From NCBI RefSeq assembly GCF_009834535.1, contig NC_045697.1, forward strand, positions 53,260,001-53,324,000: DNA of 64,000 nucleotides, given 5' to 3'. This stretch comes from Camelus ferus. Its lineage: Eukaryota. The notes under the pieces were generated by a model. The model was not told the DNA's origin. It made no database searches and worked only from the letters and a program-made list of their open reading frames with translations. Positions 23,812-35,919 of the stretch are shown piece by piece (the stretch's first letter is position 1; each line of letters starts with the position of its first letter). A program made the translations under genes and the position numbers.

Positions 23812-26094
23812 GCTCTTCATTGGCTATACATAGAGAGGTTTGTTCTTTTTCCCGTACCTCGGGTATAATTCTTTTCTTCCCGATAGACGATATAAATTGT
23901 AATTATATTTATGTAATTGTAATATAATCATGACACATTCTAAATTTTCTAGACATGCAAGAGCCATACCACTTAAAATACGTTCAAAATAACTGTAGAT
24001 ACCTCAAATTTAATTTTAGCCAGCCGGATAATATAGACGAATAGGGAAGGCTACGGATTATAAGGTTAAGGGCCAGCTTATGCCGGATGGGTTTGTGGCT
24101 ATGGAGCTCACTGGTCATCATAAATGTGATGTGCATCTGGTATTTTTAGGTGTATGTAAAGTATGGTGGTGTAAAAAGTTAGAAAATATCCAAACTGCTT
24201 CTGCCAGAAGAGCTCTGTATCTGTTGAAATTTAATATGCAATGAATAGGTGCCATTTGTTTGAGTTTTACTGTTTATTAAGTAATGCCAATATATAGGAC
24301 CACTTGAAAGATAAGGCAACCTGGTGGTATCTCTTTCAGTGAGACTCAGTTAAAAATCTAGATTTTTTTTTTTTAACATGGGACAGGCCTTTAGAATGTT
24401 AAGTGCCAGAGGAAATTCGATGTCAGCTCAGAAGATTACAAAATGATACCTCAATCCCTGTGACAACATTAGGAGGTGTGGCCAACTTCCTTAAGAATTC
24501 CACCAAGAAGGACATAGACTAAAGCCATTTATGGCAACAAAGGACAAATTTATTCTAGGCTTATACTAGGGATCAAAGTTTAATTCAAGGAAATGTGACC
24601 CCAGAATCAATAAAGACATTCACAGACAAGAACAGAGACACGTTGTTTGTCAGCCTGTGAAAAGCCAAGGCAAACAAAGACACGAGGAAAAGTCAGGAGA
24701 GCTGGATGTACCTTAACTGATCCCAGTGGCTTATGCCTAGTGTCCCGCAGACAATGCTGATATTTGCTCCACTGAAGCTTCAAAGGACAAACCAGGGGCA
24801 GTCACCCTGTGTACATACCCAAAGGCATGACTGAACAGTATTTTTTTTTTTTGTCAGTTGTTTACGTGGCTTGGCAATTTCAAGAGCCAGATTTTTTTTT
24901 TCTTCATCCATGAGTTCTGTTTATCACCTGATCACTGTTGCCAGAATTTTTCCCAAGAGTGTGATTTCATTTTTATCAGAACTTTCCAACTCTTTTCATA
25001 TGCAGTCTTTTTATACCAAATTTTTGAGCACTGTTTAAATGTTACCTTTTGATCAAGAAAGCCTGAACACTTACTTAAACGAATAAGTGCTGAGACTTAG
25101 ACTCTCAGAAGGTTAGAGGTGGAAGCACAGTTCACCCCCAGGAAGGAGAAGTGGTTGGAAAAGGTCACTCATGTTGTTAAGGCGTCTTTGAAAGAACAGG
25201 TGTAGATAAGAATAGAACAGGAAGGACTAGAACATACACTGTGGGAGAAGAGAATAGGTGTGTGAGCCTGGGGACACTTAGGACACTTGACTATTTTATA
25301 ATTATTCTTGGAAATGGAGTCATTAAAAATTGTCCTTTGTGTTTGTCATTTTCTTGACTCTTAAGATTTCTGGAGTTAAAGAACAACTATCCTTAGATAA
25401 GCAACATTTCATTCTAAATTATGCAAACAGACGCCAAATATTTCTATTACTATGTCCAGGTGTGTAATTTGAGGTGTTTGGAGGGTTTATAGGACATCTC
25501 TGGGAAATAACTGACATAATTCAGTGTCTGGGAAATTAATTTTTGCTTGTAGGGTAAAACACTGAGATTTTTTTGGTCCATGTTAAATAGGACCACTATT
25601 ACCAGTAAGTATTTGAAATTATACTGCACAAAATTGAAGTGGTGATGTGTACCTCTTCCCCGTATCAGGCTCCTTAAGTTGTGAAATCTGCCCTCTAGAG
25701 CCACCATTGGAGGCTTTGTTTTCTTTCTTCAGGAAGACTTTGTGATAGAAATAGAGCTTACAATGAGGCTTCAGGGATGTGGACAACACAAAGAAGTATT
25801 TCTCATATTTTTAATGTGAAAATTCCTGCACCTTTGAGCATTTAATAACCCGATCAGAGGGAGATGAGGGTATGTGCAGACATCACACTTGAGTCCCTTG
25901 TTCCTGGGCATTGCACTACTTTTCCATTTCATTTGTGAGGGTGAATCAACTCCTTTCCATAATGATTTGGTGATTTTAGCCACAATTACAACCAGCTTAT
26001 CATAGTTTCTCCTCCTTTGCTATCAGGCACCACTCATTGACTTGCAGAAAGGCTTTCACTTAATTTTACTGCATTCCCCACCCTCACCCCCCAG

Positions 26095-27005
26095 ATCTAA
26101 TGAAGTAAAATTGACAAAAATTACATATATTTAAGGTGTATCATGTGCTAATTTGATGCATATATCCATTGTGAAATGATCACTGCAATCGAACTAACTA
26201 ACATATTTATCATCTCATGTAGTTACCATTGTGTGTGTGGGTGATGAGTGGTGAGAAGCCTTGAGACCTACACTCTAAGCAGATTTCAAGAATACAATAC
26301 AATATTAACTACAGACACCATGCTAAACATAGGTCTCCAGAATTTATTCCTCTTGTAACGGAAACTTTGAACCCTTTGACCAACATCTCCCCACTTCCCC
26401 CACCCTTTCGCCACTAGTAACCACCAATCTACTCTCTGCTTCTATGAGTTTGACTTTTTTAGATTCCATATATAAATGAGATCATAAATTTATTTGTCTT
26501 TCTGTGTCTGGCTTATTTCATGTGGTGTCATGTCTGCCAGGTTGACCCACTGCCTTCACAAATGGCAGGATTTTCTCCTTTTTTAAGGTTAAACAGCCAT
26601 GAATATCTGTAAGGATGCTCAATATCACTAACCATCAGGGAAATGCATATCAAAACCACGATGAGATACATATCTTCTCACTCCTGTTAGGATGGGTATT
26701 ATCACAAAGTCAAAAGATAACAAGTGCAGACAAGGATGTGGAGAAAAGGAACCCTTGTGCATGGTTGAGGATAATGTGAGTTGGCAGAGCCATTACGGAA
26801 GAGTATGAAGGTTCCTCACAAATGTAAAAATAGAACTGCTCAATGATCCACCATCCCACTTCTATGTATATATCTAAAAGAAACAAAATTAGTATCTTGA
26901 AGGTATATCTGCACTCCCGTGTTCATTGTAGCATTGTTCACCGTATTTACAGTAGTCAAGATATGGAAACAGTATAAGTTTTCGTCAACAGATGAATGGA
27001 TAGTT
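26095..27005. mobile_element. L1 3' fragment with inverted 5' segment
   Basis: 26095-26590 is an L1 3' end on the minus strand; 26605-27002 is the preceding ORF2-end segment on the plus strand. Confidence 0.8.
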
Positions 27006-27469
27006 TAACAGCAATTTAAAAATTGACTATAGTCAGATTTTCACAAGAAACCATGATCCTTCACAATCATTTCAGCCTTAATTCTTCTACTCACTTTGGA
27101 AAAGTTGTTATTTCACTCTTCTTTGATCCTTTGTTGGAGAAAGTTGAGGGACAATCAACCATAATTGTACAAAGGAAGGCAAAATGCTTAAAGTAAATGT
27201 AGTCAGTTGTCTGTGTGTGTGTGTGGTGTGTGTGTGCGAGTGCACGCAAGTATATGAAAGTATTTGCAAAATCAAATAGGAATAGGCCTTTTCCAAAGAT
27301 TATTCTGTAAATGGTTCTGGTTTACCTAAATCTGGGGACTATGAGCACTAGTAGGAAAATGATACCACATAAATTGTGTCCACCCTGTTTAAGTAATTAA
27401 GGGACTATTTTAAGTAGAAGAGCTATAAAGCAGAGACTAGTTTCTCTTCCTCTTCCCTAAGGATATTAT

Positions 27470-27628
27470 CCAATTTCAGATAAATGGCAAATAAGTTTTT
27501 AGTGTAAGTATGTATCAAATATTGCAGGGGCATACTTATACTAAAAATATTCATTGTTTATTTGAAATTCAAGTTTAACTGGGTATCTTGGTTTTCATTT
27601 ACTTACTTTTGCTAAATCTGACAACCCT
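27470..27628. mobile_element. MER53-like palindromic hAT element
   Basis: tagtgtaagtatg...catacttatacta palindrome; ends tttgctaaatctgacaacccta. Confidence 0.65.
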
Positions 27629-27699
27629 ATATATGAGGAAATACCCAGAGGAGGTGAGGATGCAAACCGTTTAGTAAACAGGCATTCCAGGCAAAGGAG

Positions 27700-28170
27700 A
27701 CAGCAGGCTCAAAAGCCTTGATTTGAGACCATCTCCACTGGGTTCGAAGAGTGGCAAGGAGGCTAATATGATTGAGTGGAGGACACCAAGGAGAGATATG
27801 GTCAGAGAGTTAAGGAGGCCAACGCATGAAGGGACTTTGACTTTTATTTTGTTATGGGAATCTCTTAGAAAGCTATGAGCAAAGAGTGACAAGATAGGGC
27901 TAGTCTTCTGAAAGAGTTACTATTGCAACCGTATTGAGAATAGATTCCAAAAGAGGAGAATGAACAAGCAATCCAGTTCAGGGGCTACTGTGAAACTCAG
28001 GTGAGAAATGATAGTGGTTGTTCCAAGTAATTTGCAGTGTAGATTATGACAAGGGACTGGATTCTGGATCTATTTCGAAGGTAGTGCTATTATTATTTAC
28101 TAAAGGTCTCACATGTGGCATGTGACAAAAAGAGGAGTGAAGGTTGACTGCAGTAATGTTTATCCTCTGT
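27700..28170 (+). mobile_element. L2 fragment
   Basis: gagcaaagagtgaca...ggattctggatctatttcgaaggtag L2 motifs. Confidence 0.6.
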
Positions 28171-29082
28171 TTATTGTTTAAAAAAACATAGATCTTATGT
28201 GAAAGCATCAACGATAATGCCTGGAAAACAGTAGGCAAGCCAACATTTATTTTTAAAGTCTATTCCTATGGAAAAGCAGAAATAATTTGGTATTAGACTC
28301 TTTTTGGAAATGTTCTTTTTTGTATTGTAGATAGGAAGTCAGAGGATTAAGCCACAAATGAATATTTTCCATACTCAACTGTTTGATCTTACTTACACAG
28401 CAAAGAAATTTTTTGGAGAAAAAATCCCATTGATATGTAAATGACACAATAGTAGCAGAATCTGGCGGGTGCTTACTTGTATTGCAGATACAGCACATAC
28501 CCTCATGTGGTACTACCCTCATATGGTACTCACAGCACTATAAGGTCAACGCCTAGTGTTGTCCCAATACTAGTTGAGAAAATCGTCATCAGAGGAGTAA
28601 TTTGTCTTCAGCTTCACTGTTTTTAATTACTGAACCTGGGATTTGAACCTATTTTGTCTGATTCCAGCATCCATGTTATATAATTACTAACCCAATTTAC
28701 TATGCTACCTTTTATGCATATTTATCTGAGTTTATTAAAAATTTAAAAACAAAGAAATTTAAAGGTGATTTGTTACATTCAGGGGTAAATCGTAAGTTAC
28801 TTTGCATCTGCTAATATTGTGCTCAAAACTGAGGTATACTGATTGCCAGAAAATCAGAGTCTGTTCTATGATCAGGTGCTCCGTATAATTATCATTTTGA
28901 TCATGTTTGTGATCATTTTAATGCTAAGGAAAAACAGAACTATAATGTCTATGCTAATGAATAGAATAACATTCTTCCATATGGTTTGCTGATTTTAATT
29001 CTGGGTCCTCAAGTACATTCTGTCTTGGCTCACTCTTTAGTGTTGGTAGCAGTCATCTCTGCTATGAAGGCTAAAAGTTTAC

Positions 29083-31225
29083 CTTTTAAACCTCTGCCTT
29101 AGGCTCGGAAGCCTTTACAGATTTGTCATGGATAATAGGTAGGCAAGGTAAAACTCCCACCTCAAACCTTCCTAGAAGTAGATTGTTTATGAAATCTGTG
29201 GGTGCAGAGAAGTTTACGGTAGGGAGGAGGAACTCCTCTTCTAACACCCCAAACACATCTCCAGTAACTTTCATGATATTGAGTAGGTCATTTGATATCA
29301 AACTGGTATCTACAGGTAGATATTGGGTAAGTCATTTGATATCAAACTGGTATCTACAGGTAGGCAGACAGGTAATTTTCTTTTTGAGATGACAAAAGTG
29401 AAGTAATTCAGCATGAACCTCACGTATTTCCAAGCAGGGTGGTTATCATCTTCCTTTTGAAGATGAGAAATCTGAAACTCAAAGAAGCTAAGTGATTGAC
29501 AGTTTTAGGAATTAGAAGGGTTGAGATTAAAACCCTTCTAAAGCAAAATCCACAAAATTCCACTTGTAATATTTATTATTATATATTTATTTGATTCTCC
29601 TATTTTGATTAAGATTATTTAATTCTATCCCTTCCCTCATGGAGATGGAGGTTAGTTTCCTGTAAGGTATATGTCACTATTTTTTATATATCTAGAGGGA
29701 GCTAATAAATCACTCTCCAGTTATTCATGCTGTAGGCAGAAAGGGTTGAAATCATTAGTAATTCCTCAGACATCTTTCTTGTACAATCTTCTTTGTTTTG
29801 CCTTTTTGTTCTCTTCATGATTTGTGTAGATAGTTTACATTTTAAAAAATACCCAGATGTACATTTTTTATATTTAAATACTTCTCAAATCCAGATTTAT
29901 CTTATAATGAATGACTTCTTACTGTGTTAAATTTGACATTTAAATGTCTTTTAGATATTGCATAAGATTTGGAGTTGAAAGAAAACAATGTGTAAAAGGA
30001 AAAGCACAAGAAAAAAGGGAGTGGGAGGCTGGAATTTTGATATTGGTGAGGAATATATTTGTTGTTTGAGTAATGAAAGCAGTGCTATATTTTCTTGCAA
30101 TGAAAAAACTGTAAAAATCTATGAATAGAAGAAGCTGCATTGCTTTCTTCCTGAGATACATAGACTAGTTTTATTCCACATGGTGAGCCACAGGCAAAGC
30201 ATATGAAAAAAATTATAAAATATTTTGTAGAAAAGAAAGAAATTCAAAACAATGAGATGTGTGACCAACTGTGTGTGGTGTAGGACTATTAGCAACATCT
30301 GATAACATTGCTTAATTGGGGAGGTTTTTTTTTTTTTTTTTTAGTGCTATCTAAATAATGTAATCTAAGATTAGCTGAAAAAGGGTAATTTAGAGCACTA
30401 CTTATTTCTTCATAAGCTTTAAATCTCCACCTTCTCAACTTTTAAAAGACACTTGGGAAGTATTTTTGTTTCTCCATTTGTCTAAAACAATCATCTTAAC
30501 CTTCTAAAGACTGGTGGATATATGGAACATCTTACATTAAATGCTTCTTACAATAATGATGAAATAAATACCAGGATAAGAGCTTAAACATCTTACCAGG
30601 GAGAAATTAAATTCTGGATTGCACTATTGTCAGAGATTACTTTCACATGGAAAATTAACAATCATTTCCCATTTTATAAAAATGACATGTAAGTATATAG
30701 GGTTGCTATTATGACATCATGAAAGTAAAGCAAAGAAAATATTATTTGAGTCTTCAATAAATTTTAAATTAAATACCCTTTATGTCAAACATTATATCAA
30801 CTGTTATACATGTGAATAATAATAATAATATGTTGGTAATATAATATTGATAATTCTCTCAGGCTTTTGAACTCCAAATTATTCTTTGAAATATGGTAAC
30901 TAAATCTTAGCTAATATTTCATATTTGCACTTTTAATGCACAATACTTGTGCTATGTATAATTTCTATATCTCCTTCAGCTACTTCTTAATTCACAAATC
31001 ATTGCATTTTAATTAATTCAGGTCCATTTAAGGTATAATCAGTTTAATTTTCCACAAAGAACTTATCTGCCGTTTTTTGTATAATTAATAAATTTTCTTC
31101 TTTCCTGGTACCTAAAGAGAACAAAGGAAATAAAGTTATTGCTAACAGAATTACCTTACTTCCAAGATTGATGGTATGCAGAGAATTCTGAAAAGCTCTA
31201 ATGCCCAGTCTTACAGCTATATAAA
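29083..31225 (-). pseudogene. SCPP-like gene relic B (exon 1, degenerate signal-peptide exon, 24-nt exon, long exon)
   Basis: TTTATATAG at 31217-31225; donor at 31154; exon 30150-30090 MQLLLFIDFYSFFIARK; exon 29659-29636 ETNLHLHE; long exon 29353-29083 ending TAA AAG|gtaaac. Confidence 0.65.
29276..29363. repeat. 44-bp direct tandem duplication (2 mismatches)
   Basis: atattg(a/g)gta(g/a)gtcatttgatatcaaactggtatctacaggtag x2. Confidence 0.95.
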
Positions 31226-31659
31226 CCTTTTCTAAAATTCATGGCCAGTCATTATCTTCAACCATGTCAGTGCTTTCATCCAAGCATCCCCAGTAATCTA
31301 TATGACTAGTCAAAGGATTAATGGCTTCCATACTCTTTTTCATTTCAATAAATTCTTTAACCTCCTCTGTTATAAAGAGGAATCACAGCATGACAAGTTG
31401 GAAATGTGCTTTATAGATGTCTACCTTATTTCTTTATCTAATTTAAGAAAAGAGATATTCTGAACTGCCAAAAAGCAACACTTCCTCAATATAAATAAAG
31501 TGAAAGTTTTCTTTTGTAGAATAGTAGATTTATTCACGTTCACTGGGAGAAATAAATCTTAAACATATGGTTCACTTATTTAGGACTTTCTTCTTCTTGT
31601 TTTAAATTTGGACATGAGACACAATGGTTCACTTACAGAATCTTGGAAGGATAAATGTG

Positions 31660-32070
31660 ACTTTGACATGATCCCTTTCAGTACTCTGTAGAAAACATGC
31701 TAAAGGGATGTAAAGAATGTCAGTAAAGAGAGAAGTTAGGAGGGATTGCAAAAATCCACAAGCGAGACTATGGTGGCCTGGATAGTGCATTGTCAGGGGA
31801 GGAGCAGTGAGAAATAGCTGGATTCAAGATGTATTGTGAAATTGGCACTTGCAAAGTATAATGTCATATTCGATGTGAGAGTTTAGAGAAAGAGTCGAAT
31901 CAAGGATAATTGCAAATGTTTTTCTCATACAACTGGAGGACTGAAGTTCTGAGTTTCTGAGAGGAGGATGAAGACAAAAGGCAGAGATCAGATCTGGAGG
32001 TCAGTTGCTGGGTGTTAGACAAGTGTCATATTTAAGTTGTTTGTTGGACAGCCAAGTGAAAAAAGTCAAA
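31660..32070 (+). mobile_element. L2 fragment upstream of relic B promoter
   Basis: gttaggagggattgca...ggattcaagatgtattgtgaa L2 motifs. Confidence 0.6.
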
Positions 32071-32998
32071 ATATCACAATAATTCAATATTTATACGTAT
32101 CTACTTTATGTTCAGAATGGTTATAGAATACATTTTTCTTGGCCTAATATCCTGTCTGGATTTTACAATTTATCTAATTGTGTCATCATTAAAAATAAAG
32201 ATTATCCCTTGTGATCCTGATAGAAAATAGTATTTTCTCTGATACTATTTAACTTACATTTTGATTAAGATTTTTACTATATACATATAGATAGACACAC
32301 ACTGTTGTATTTTATTGAGTTCTCAATGTTTTAGCTGATAGTGCTTTTAGGCCATCTGCAAAGGCATTAAATAAGGATGATCAACTAAATAGAATCATAT
32401 AGGAAATATAGTTTTCATTTTATTTAGAAATAAAGCATCATACATTTGGTCTAGTATGACATAGATGAGTTTCAGTAAAAGTATTGATCCATTCATCCAC
32501 TTGGGTAGATCTCAGCATAAATATTGAATGAATAAAGCAAGCTGCAGAATGATATACAATATATTGTAGGCCATGTTTGTGTAAATTTTAAAAACCTCAC
32601 AAAATCCTTTTACTTATTTTAAGAGCCATAGATATGCATACTAAAATTATGTAAACAGGCCAATGAAACGTATACACAAGCTTCAGAATGGCTTACATCT
32701 GGGATGGGGAAAAAGAGAATCAAATCCCTAGGGGAAACTTCCATGGGGCAAAAAACATTTTATTTCTTTTACTCAAAAAACTCAGGTCAATATGGCAAGT
32801 TATTTACATTTGTAAAACATAGGTAGTGGGTCAACGGATTAAAAATTCTTTAAATATTTAAGTCAAAGCAATTTGTTCCTATTTTTAATTACTGAATTCA
32901 TAACTTAATACAGAATCTAACCATATACATAATTTATACTTAGAATTTATTTTAAAAAGCTATGGTAAAGGGCTCCCTCAGATTCTTCTTATACTTAT

Positions 32999-34628
32999 TG
33001 TTCTTTGCAGAAGCACGCTCAAAATACAAATCAAAACCAGGCATTTCATTATAGCAGATTTCTGTGAGGAAAAACATGAACATAATTCAGTAAAGTAGAA
33101 ATTTTTACTTGTAGGAAATCATCTGATTATTAAGGAGCATGAAGGAAGGATAAAATAAGAAAGGAAAATAAAATAGTCTCATTTGTAAATAATATTTCAC
33201 ACGGATACCGTCATTATTTCCCAAAGCACCTCATTTAGGAACCTCTTAAATGAGAGAAAATGAAATAACTTGGGTAAGGTCACATCACTATAAAGTGACT
33301 TTCCCGACCTGAAGTCTGCGTCTCTGGAGCTTCTGCTGTTTAATCTCGGCCTTACCTCCCAGCACTTTAAAGTGTAACTTCAAATCCCTATAGAAAATGG
33401 ATTCTAGCTACGTCTTCCACGTGCGGCCAGGTTAGCTGATGATTGTATACACAAATGCTGGCACACGCTCCCCTCCCCCCACATTCACAGGCACGTCACA
33501 CACTGGCTTCTCTATTTAAAGGGTAAATCCTTCCATGTAGAGGATGATTATTGGGCATCAGTCCTACACCCAAGAGAAAAAGGGGGGGGGGGGCTTATTT
33601 TCCGTATCATTATCCTCCCATGCAGGCTAAAAATATTCCTTCAAATCATTGATGATTTCTTTCCCTAGATTTTGTGAAGAAGTTATTTCTACAACTTGCT
33701 CAGTGAAGAGAAGCTACTTAGTATAAAGCTGCTTTGTAAACATTTTTCTGTCTGCCACTCAGAAATACTCGGTTTCTGAAGTCTCGTGACCTAATTGACT
33801 GTTTAAGAAATTGTTAAACTCTGGATATTTTATGGAATCTTATAAGATATTACTAAGCATGTTTAGGATTACTTGTATATTTATAATCCAGTTCTGAATA
33901 TGCTTAGTGAGATATGAAGTATATATATATATTTAGTTCCATAAGCCATACATGCTTTCATCACTGAGGGACTGTGTTTTTCTTACACTTTTTAGCTCTA
34001 CAAATTAAGCACAGTGCTTTAAACATATAGTACCATCATTTCAGAAACATATAAATTATCCAGCCCTGGTCTTAGTGAAAATATATATTAGTCTAACAAC
34101 TTTGGAAAATTCTTAAGGGAAAAGTTTTACAATCTCCAGGGATAATACTTTATCTAAAAATTTCTATTTATATAATACCCCTCCTTTTTGAATAAGACAG
34201 CTTGAAATCTACCCCCCTGAATCTGCCCCATGTAGCTAGAAATTAGGCTCTGTGAGATTATTCTTCACATTTCTAATGAAAACTATTATAATTTATGCTA
34301 TACATAAGGTTAAAATTCCTATTTTTCCTTTGTTCTCCTTGCTTCATCTTCCTTAAATTTTTTCCTTAAAGAATTAATTAATTCAATGCTATTCAAATTC
34401 ATCAATTCTCTGATTCACATTTTCCCTACATCTCTGAAATTCCACTTCAAATGTCTTTACAGTATAATTTTGGTAAAAAAATTTTTAAAAAGTAATACAT
34501 TTTTTCACACAGAAAGTCACAGAAACAGATGAAAGCATTTCATGGTGCAGGACTATCATAAAGACTTAGATTAATTGCCTGCATATTATCCATCTATATT
34601 TGTCTGTGTGTCTGTGTGTCTGTGTGTC

Positions 34629-34671
<43 letters not shown>

Positions 34672-35535
34672 CATATCTACCATCTATCTATTTAGTGGAA
34701 CTTAAAGTAACAGTGTGCTTAGGTGAAATATGGGCAAATTATAAGATAATTTCCCTTCTTTACTTGTATCTAAACCCTGAACTATAAAATTTGATAAGAT
34801 AAATGAAGTTGTTTTTCCCTTGAACAAATGACCTACAGTTGTCAGCAACAACTACTCTGACCCCACTAGGAACCTGCTGAAAATAAATGTTTGTATGTAA
34901 ATGAAATAAATTCTAGCAACAATGGTCAAATCAACTTACTAGGGACAAATTAAGCCCTGGGTTGCACAACTATCAGAGTTTATCTTCACATAAAAAAACA
35001 ACACTTTTAATTTTAGCAATAAACACATAAGTTCAAGTCAAGAGATTATATGAGTACATGAAGTAGTTATTAGAAAATTTTGAAGCAAGGGTGTATAGAA
35101 AAATGCATTAAATTTGTTGGACCAATCATTTAATAGTTACAGGCTACTATTTAATACAAAATAAAATGCTATAGAATTACAAATTATACGTTGAAATTAA
35201 ATAACCATATAATATTAACATGTAAGAATACTTTCCAAGATACCACAGAGAGCTTAGCTTTTGACTTCAACATTTTTTTCATCTACTTCCCAATTTATTA
35301 AGTAATTGCAAATTTAAAAAATTTGTTATCTATTTAGGGTACAATAAATATCATTTCTATAAGGAACTTAATTTCTATTTCTGGTATAATTGATACATTT
35401 TTCATCCTGCAGAAAATACCTTAAAAGGAATAGATGTAGTTAAATCATTTTAACAGTATTACCTGATTTCCAAGTTTAGTGATAGGTGAGTCTTTCTAAT
35501 ATGATCTGAGACTCAGTCCCATGGCTATTTAAACT
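32999..35535 (-). pseudogene. SCPP/casein-like gene relic A (TATA + exon 1 + 63-nt signal-peptide exon with dead donor)
   Basis: TTTAAATAG at 35525-35533 and CAG|gtaata donor at 35462. Exon 33061-32999 has 12 nt of UTR plus ATGAAATGCCTGGTTTTGATTTGTATTTTGAGC... (MKCLVLICILS...), followed by ataagt instead of gtaagt. Confidence 0.7.
34603..34692. repeat. (TG/TC)-rich plus (ATCT)n microsatellite
   Basis: About 10 ATCT units at 34631-34670. Confidence 0.95.
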
Positions 35536-35919
35536 CTTTTTGTACTTAAGGTGCAGCTGTTATCTTTATTCATGTCAACCTTTTCATTCAAGCATCACTA
35601 GAACTTTAGATCATCAGTCAAATAATTAATCACTTCCATCTCCAGAAAAATTTAATCTTCTCTATTATAATGAGGAATCACAACAAACCTAGGTTGAAAT
35701 GTCTGTTAATGCTATTTTAAATAGATATCTCAGAGTCTAAAAGATATCTCAGTGTTTTCTCTACACAAATAAAGTGAAATATGACCTCAGTAGAAGAGTT
35801 ATTTTTTCTTGCTGGAAAGAAGCTTTTGTTAATATCAGGTTCATGTATTTTACTCTTCCTTGGTCATAATTTGGACAAAATTTATATGACAACCAGCAGT
35901 ATCTTAAAATAATGAGATC

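Noticed and set aside
23700..23840. Possible snRNA/Pol III-type promoter
   Set aside because: No recognisable PSE or downstream RNA gene; CTCF-like site is the simpler reading.
31637..31685. Exon-like 49-nt segment (ttttctacag ... gtaagt) reading STERDHVKVTFILPRF
   Set aside because: Length is not a multiple of 3, the acceptor lies in the L2 edge, and the segment belongs to the duplicated promoter-upstream block; likely chance.
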